A stretch of 64,000 nt of DNA, taken from assembly GCA_038087875.1 (NCBI GenBank), contig CM075991.1, forward strand, positions 10,108,001-10,172,000. Reading direction: 5' to 3'. The stretch is from Malacoraja senta (Eukaryota). The notes under the pieces were generated by a model that saw only the letters and a program-made list of their open reading frames with translations, was not told the DNA's origin and did no database searches. Of this stretch, positions 59,264 to 64,000 are shown in pieces. The stretch's first letter is position 1. Each line of letters opens with the position of its first letter. The translations under genes and the position numbers were made by a program.

Positions 59264-59291
59264 GACGTTTCGGGTCGAGACCCTTCTTCAG
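59264..59291 (-). ncRNA. Minimal hammerhead core in PLE terminal repeat, sense to the GRK gene (example copy)
   Basis: Minus strand CTGAAGA-A-GGGTC-TC-GACCC-GAAA-CGTC with GUC cleavage triplet. Confidence 0.5.
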
Positions 59292-60466
59292 ACTGATGTC
59301 AGGGGAGGTGGTGGGACAGAGCTATCTGTTGGGTACGTTGGGTACGTTTTTCCACATAAAAGGGTGGTGGGTGTATGGAACGATTTGCCGGAGGAGGTAG
59401 TTGAGGCAAGTGCGCTCACAATGTTTAAGAATGATTTAAACAGGTACATCGATAGGACAGGTTTAGTTTTAGTTCAGAGATAGATACAGTGCGGAAACAG
59501 GCCCTTCGGCCCAACGAGTCCGCGCCGACCAGCGATCCCTGCTCATTAACACTATCCTACACGCACTAGGGACAATTTAACCAAGCCAATAAACCTACAA
59601 ACTTGTACGTCTTTGGAGTGTGGGAGGAAACCAAAGCCCCTGGGGAAAACCCACGCAGGTCACGGGCAGAATGTACAAACTCCGCACAGACAGCATCCAT
59701 AGTCAGGATCAAGGTTGTCGCCAGGTTTAGAGGGATGTGGGCCAAACGCAGGGAGGTGGGACTAGTGTAGACGGGACAAGTTGGTCAGCGTGGGCCAGTT
59801 TCCATGCTGTATGACTCTCAGACCAAAAAACACCTCCAATAAAAGATCAAACTGTTCCTTAAAATATTTGCTTCAACTCTGTGAGTAGCACACACCATTA
59901 CTGATGGCCCATTACAAGTTCCTAATAAGTTTAAATTTGTCTTCAATTATCCTGCTTACACTGCTCAGTTCACAATCATTTTCCAGATGTACTTTTTCTA
60001 TATCATTAACTGTCCCATATGAGACAAGTGGCAACACGAGGTAGCAGCCTACCTGGGTAGTGGTGTTGTGGTTAAATTATCGAATTAGCGGCTATTTGTT
60101 AAGCTTTTATCCCACCACAACAGCTGTGGAGCATCAAATTATTATTAAATATCATTGTTATTTAAAAAGGTGATAGCCTCATTAACATTCATTGTGGAAC
60201 TACTGAATAACTGGGAAAAAAACATCTGATTTACAAATGTTTTGAGTTCTCAGAGGGGAATTAGGCCATTCGGCCCATCACGTCTACTCCCCCATTCATT
60301 CATGGCTGATCTATCTCTCCCTCCTAATCTAACTCTCCTGCCTTCGCACCATAACCCCTGACACCCTTTTACTAATCAAAAATATATCTGTCTCTGCCTT
60401 AAAAATATCCATTGACTTTGCTTCCACAGCCTTCTGTGGCAATGAATTCCACAGATTCACCACCCT

Positions 60467-60740
60467 CCGCCTTTGCGGTAGCAGCTCCTAGACTGTGGAA
60501 CAGCATCCCTCTTCCCATCAGAACAGCCCCCTCCATTGACTCCTTTAAGTCGAGACTAAAAACTCATCTCTACTCCCAAGCCTTTCTTGACGTCCTCTGA
60601 GCGAGGGCTATATGTATGTAGTGATGTTTGTATTTAATCTATGAACCACTGTTGTTTGTTATACTATTCTTATACCAATGTAAAGCACTTTGGCCAACGA
60701 GAGTTGTTTTTTAAATGTGCTATATAAATGAAAGTGACTT
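60467..60740 (+). mobile_element. L2-clade LINE 3' end inserted in a minus-strand CR1 fragment
   Basis: AFAVAAPRLWNSIPLPIRTAPSIDSFKSRLKTHLYSQAF*; 3' stem taaagcactttg...aatgtgctatataaat. Confidence 0.8.
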
Positions 60741-61339
60741 GGCGAGATTCTTTCTCATCTCCTTTCTAATGGCCTCTGGTCCTAGACTCTCCCAAGAGTG
60801 GAAACATCCTCTCCATATTCACTCTATCCAGGCCATTCACAATGTTCCTTCCAAAGATCTCCAATATCATCATTTGTACAGCGTAGAAACAGGCCACTGT
60901 GTCCATGAGAACTACCATGCCAACCTAGACCACACCTAGTCGCCTGAATTGATTCCATATTACTCCAATTTTACAGAAGCCAATTCACCTACAAGCCTGA
61001 ACGACTTTGGGATGTTGCTCCTGTTGCTACAGTTCTTGCTTCCTCTGACAAACCACGTCAGATACAAAATACTCCCCTCTATCACTATAAACTTCGATCA
61101 CTATAAACCTCCTTCCTCTCACCTTAAACCTATGTTATCTGGCTTGAGATACACCTCAGCATGGGAAGCAGACTCTGACAATCTCCTCCCTCTATGCTTC
61201 TCCGCCTCATTAGCTTCAGGGAGAACACACCCAGCCTAGTTAATTTTGTCTTGTAACCCAAGCCCTCCAATCCAGGCAACATCCTGGTGATCGAACGTCC
61301 TCTCTGGTGTAATCACATCCTCCCTGGTGCATGACAACA

Positions 61340-61835
61340 AGAACTCCACATTGAGCTGTGGTCGTAGCCCAGGCCATCAACTAAACCAGTGGCCTTTCCA
61401 TCGACTCCACACCCAGCCTCGACAAGGCCACCGGCATAATCATGGGCCAGTCTCACTGAAGATAGACACAAAATGCTGGAGTAACTCAGCGGGTCAGGCA
61501 GCATCTCCGGAGGAAAGGAATAGGTGACGTTTCCGGTACCACCATATTCAGGAATAGCTTCATCCCTGCTGTTATCAGATTACTAAATGGTCTTGCCATA
61601 AGCGGTTAGGCTCGATCTTCCAATCTACCTCATTGCAAACGCAGACTTTTTCTCTGTAACTGTTACACCATAAGACTGTAAAACTATACACTGCATTTTT
61701 CTCTTTGCACGACCTGTTCCACTGTGTACGACCTGACTGTGTTTTGTATAGTATGATCTGATTTAATAGGATGACAGGCAAGCGAAGGCTTTTCACTGTA
61801 CCTCGGTACAAGTGATGATAATGAACTAATAACAA
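61340..61835 (+). mobile_element. Rex1/Babar-type LINE 3' fragment interrupted by a PLE terminal repeat
   Basis: agcccaggccatcaactaaacc...; ttcaggaatagcttcatccctgctgttatcag; tail ttttcactgtacctcggtaca. Confidence 0.6.
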
Positions 61836-62269
61836 CATTTTGTGTCGGAAGGAGCAGCAGACGCTAGTTTAAACTGAAGATAGACACAAAAAGATGGAGC
61901 AACTCAGCAGGTGAGGCAGCATCTCTGGAGAACAGGAATAGGTGACCTTTCGGGTCGAGGCCCATCTTCAGACAATATTTGTAGGTAGACAAAAATGCTG
62001 GAGAAACTCAGCGGGTGCGGCAGCATCTGTGGAGCGAAGGAAATTGGCAACGTTCCGGGCCGAAACCCTTCTTCAGACAATATTTCCTCGGTTGAAGGCA
62101 CTCTGGGTGACCTGGAGATTATTAAAGATACTGTAAAAATATAAATCTCTCATTTGGAGGGGAATTGTGGACCACTACTGCAAAGTAAGATTCAAGGGTG
62201 TTAAAGTGGCGCAAACTTTCCCTTCTTCAGATTGAATTAGTGTGAAGAAGGGTTCCGACCCAAAACGCC

Positions 62270-62642
62270 TCAATAGACAATAGACAATAGGTGCAGGAGT
62301 AGGCCATTTGGCCCTTTGAGCCAGCACCGCCATTCAATGTGATCATGGCTGATCATCCCCAATCAGTACCCCGTTCCTGCCTTCTCCCCATATCCCCTGA
62401 CTCCGCTATTTTTGAGAGCCCTATCTAGCTCTCTCTTGAAAGCATCCAGAGAACCTGCCTCCACCGCCCTCTGATGCAGAGAATTCCACAGACTCACCAC
62501 TCTCTGTGAGAAAAAGTGTTTCCTCATCTCCGTTCTAAATGGCTTACCCCTTATTCTTAACCTGTGGCCCCTGGTTCTGGTCTCCCCCAACATCGGGAAC
62601 ATGTTTCCTGCCTCTAGTGTGTCCAAGCCCTTAACAATCTTA
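62270..62642 (-). mobile_element. CR1 3' fragment
   Basis: ORF 62363..62920 C-terminal half; (ATTGTCT)n tail. Confidence 0.85.
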
Positions 62643-64000
62643 AGGGCCAAAACGCTTCCTGTCCATTCCCTCCACGGATGCTGCCTGACCAAAGCATAGT
62701 GTTTTGCTGAAGATGACGGCGTGTACTGCAATTCCTTCCTACACACGGCATGTATATTGTTCCACGAGCCTGTGCTGTTATCCACCATCGTTCTGCCTAA
62801 ATGCAGAAGTGGAGGCGCTCCAAAACTCTGTACTACTAAAATGTTAACTTCCCCATTAGATTCCTGGCCGCTGCCTCTAGCCCTCGTCTTACTTCTGAGA
62901 TCATCCTCTCCAACTTTCACCGTTTCTCAGAGTTCAAATCAAAGTAATTGGCAAATTTGATACATTGTCAATAGAAGCTTTTTCCGAGAAAAAGTATTTC
63001 AGATTTCAAAGAACATAGAAATGTTCAGGAAATTCCAGTTACAATGTTACAGGCAGGGTCATAGGCGCTATCCAGATATCACAAAGATAAAGGAACAGAG
63101 GAATAAGACAACAGATTAGTTTAGTTTACTGATACAGCGTGGAATCAGCCTATCAATAGCTCAGTCAAATATTCATACGAAACAAAAATAAGCCCTTTGG
63201 CCCAACTTGCCCATGCGAACCAAGACACCCCATCTACACCCAGTCCCACCTGCCCCGTGTTTGGCCCATATCCCTCCAAACCTTTCCTAATCATGTATTT
63301 GTCCAAATGTCTTTTAAATGTTATAACAGTACCTGCTTCAACTATCTACTCTGGCAGCTCATTCCATATGCCCACCAGCCTCTGCGTGGAAAAAGTTGCC
63401 CCTCAGTGTCCTATTAAATCTTTCCCTCTGAGCCATCCTTCATCCCAAGTCCTCCGTTTCTTGATTTCCCTGCACTTGGGAAAAGACTCTGTGATTCGCC
63501 CGATCTCTTCCCCTCGTGGTGTAAAACAGCTCTATGCGATCACCCCTCACCCCCCCTGCGCTGCAAGGAATGGAGTCCGAGCCCACCCAAGCTCTCCCGA
63601 AAGGTCAGAGTCTTGTCCTGGCTACATCCTGGTAAAGTAGCTGTGCCCCCTGTGAAAGCCTGTTTATAAACTCCACTGCCTCACAGAATGGAGGGAGCAA
63701 GTAAAGTTGTGTAAAAAATGAAACAATTAAAATGTGGATTATGGAAACGTCGGAGATCTTACACCTGGAAAGAATTACACATCTTAATGGACAAACAAGA
63801 ACTTTTTGTCAGAATATGGTCTCCATTTATCGACTATTTGAAGGGGTAGAATGGTTCGGCACGGAAACTGACAGAAGCCCGAGCTCAGGATTAGATGAAA
63901 AGTTATACGTAATAATCTTCAAACCTATCTCCAAAGTTGTAGTATTATTTTCTATCTATATAAAAAAAAAATATAGAAGCAGTTATTAAATAATTGACAA

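Overview
Eukaryotic, repeat-rich vertebrate DNA. The CR1/V-SINE/Penelope repeat landscape suggests a cartilaginous fish, probably a skate or ray (inference). The window is dominated by one multi-exon gene on the minus strand: a GRK4/5/6-subfamily G protein-coupled receptor kinase, closest to GRK5/GRK5-like. Thirteen internal coding exons (equivalent to GRK5 exons 3-15, 42658 down to 9645) are all bounded by AG/GT, keep frame, and have the conserved exon sizes (113,78,101,93,64,141,191,38,90,209,138,138,132 nt). Exons 1-2 were not found and probably lie beyond the right edge. The terminal exon near 7.7-7.9 kb is ambiguous in reading frame. Introns are filled with CR1 3' fragments, tRNA-derived V-SINEs, Rex1- and L2-type tails, PIF/Harbinger and hAT MITEs, and many Penelope-like (PLE) terminal repeats carrying a hammerhead ribozyme core. 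The most striking observation is a 141-nt insertion (46094-46234, minus strand, sense to the gene). It begins exactly with a minimal HDV-like ribozyme whose core matches the CPEB3 ribozyme and ends in an (AAG)n tail. Almost all ORFs in the supplied track are repeat-derived or spurious. Coordinates of degenerate repeat fragments are approximate.
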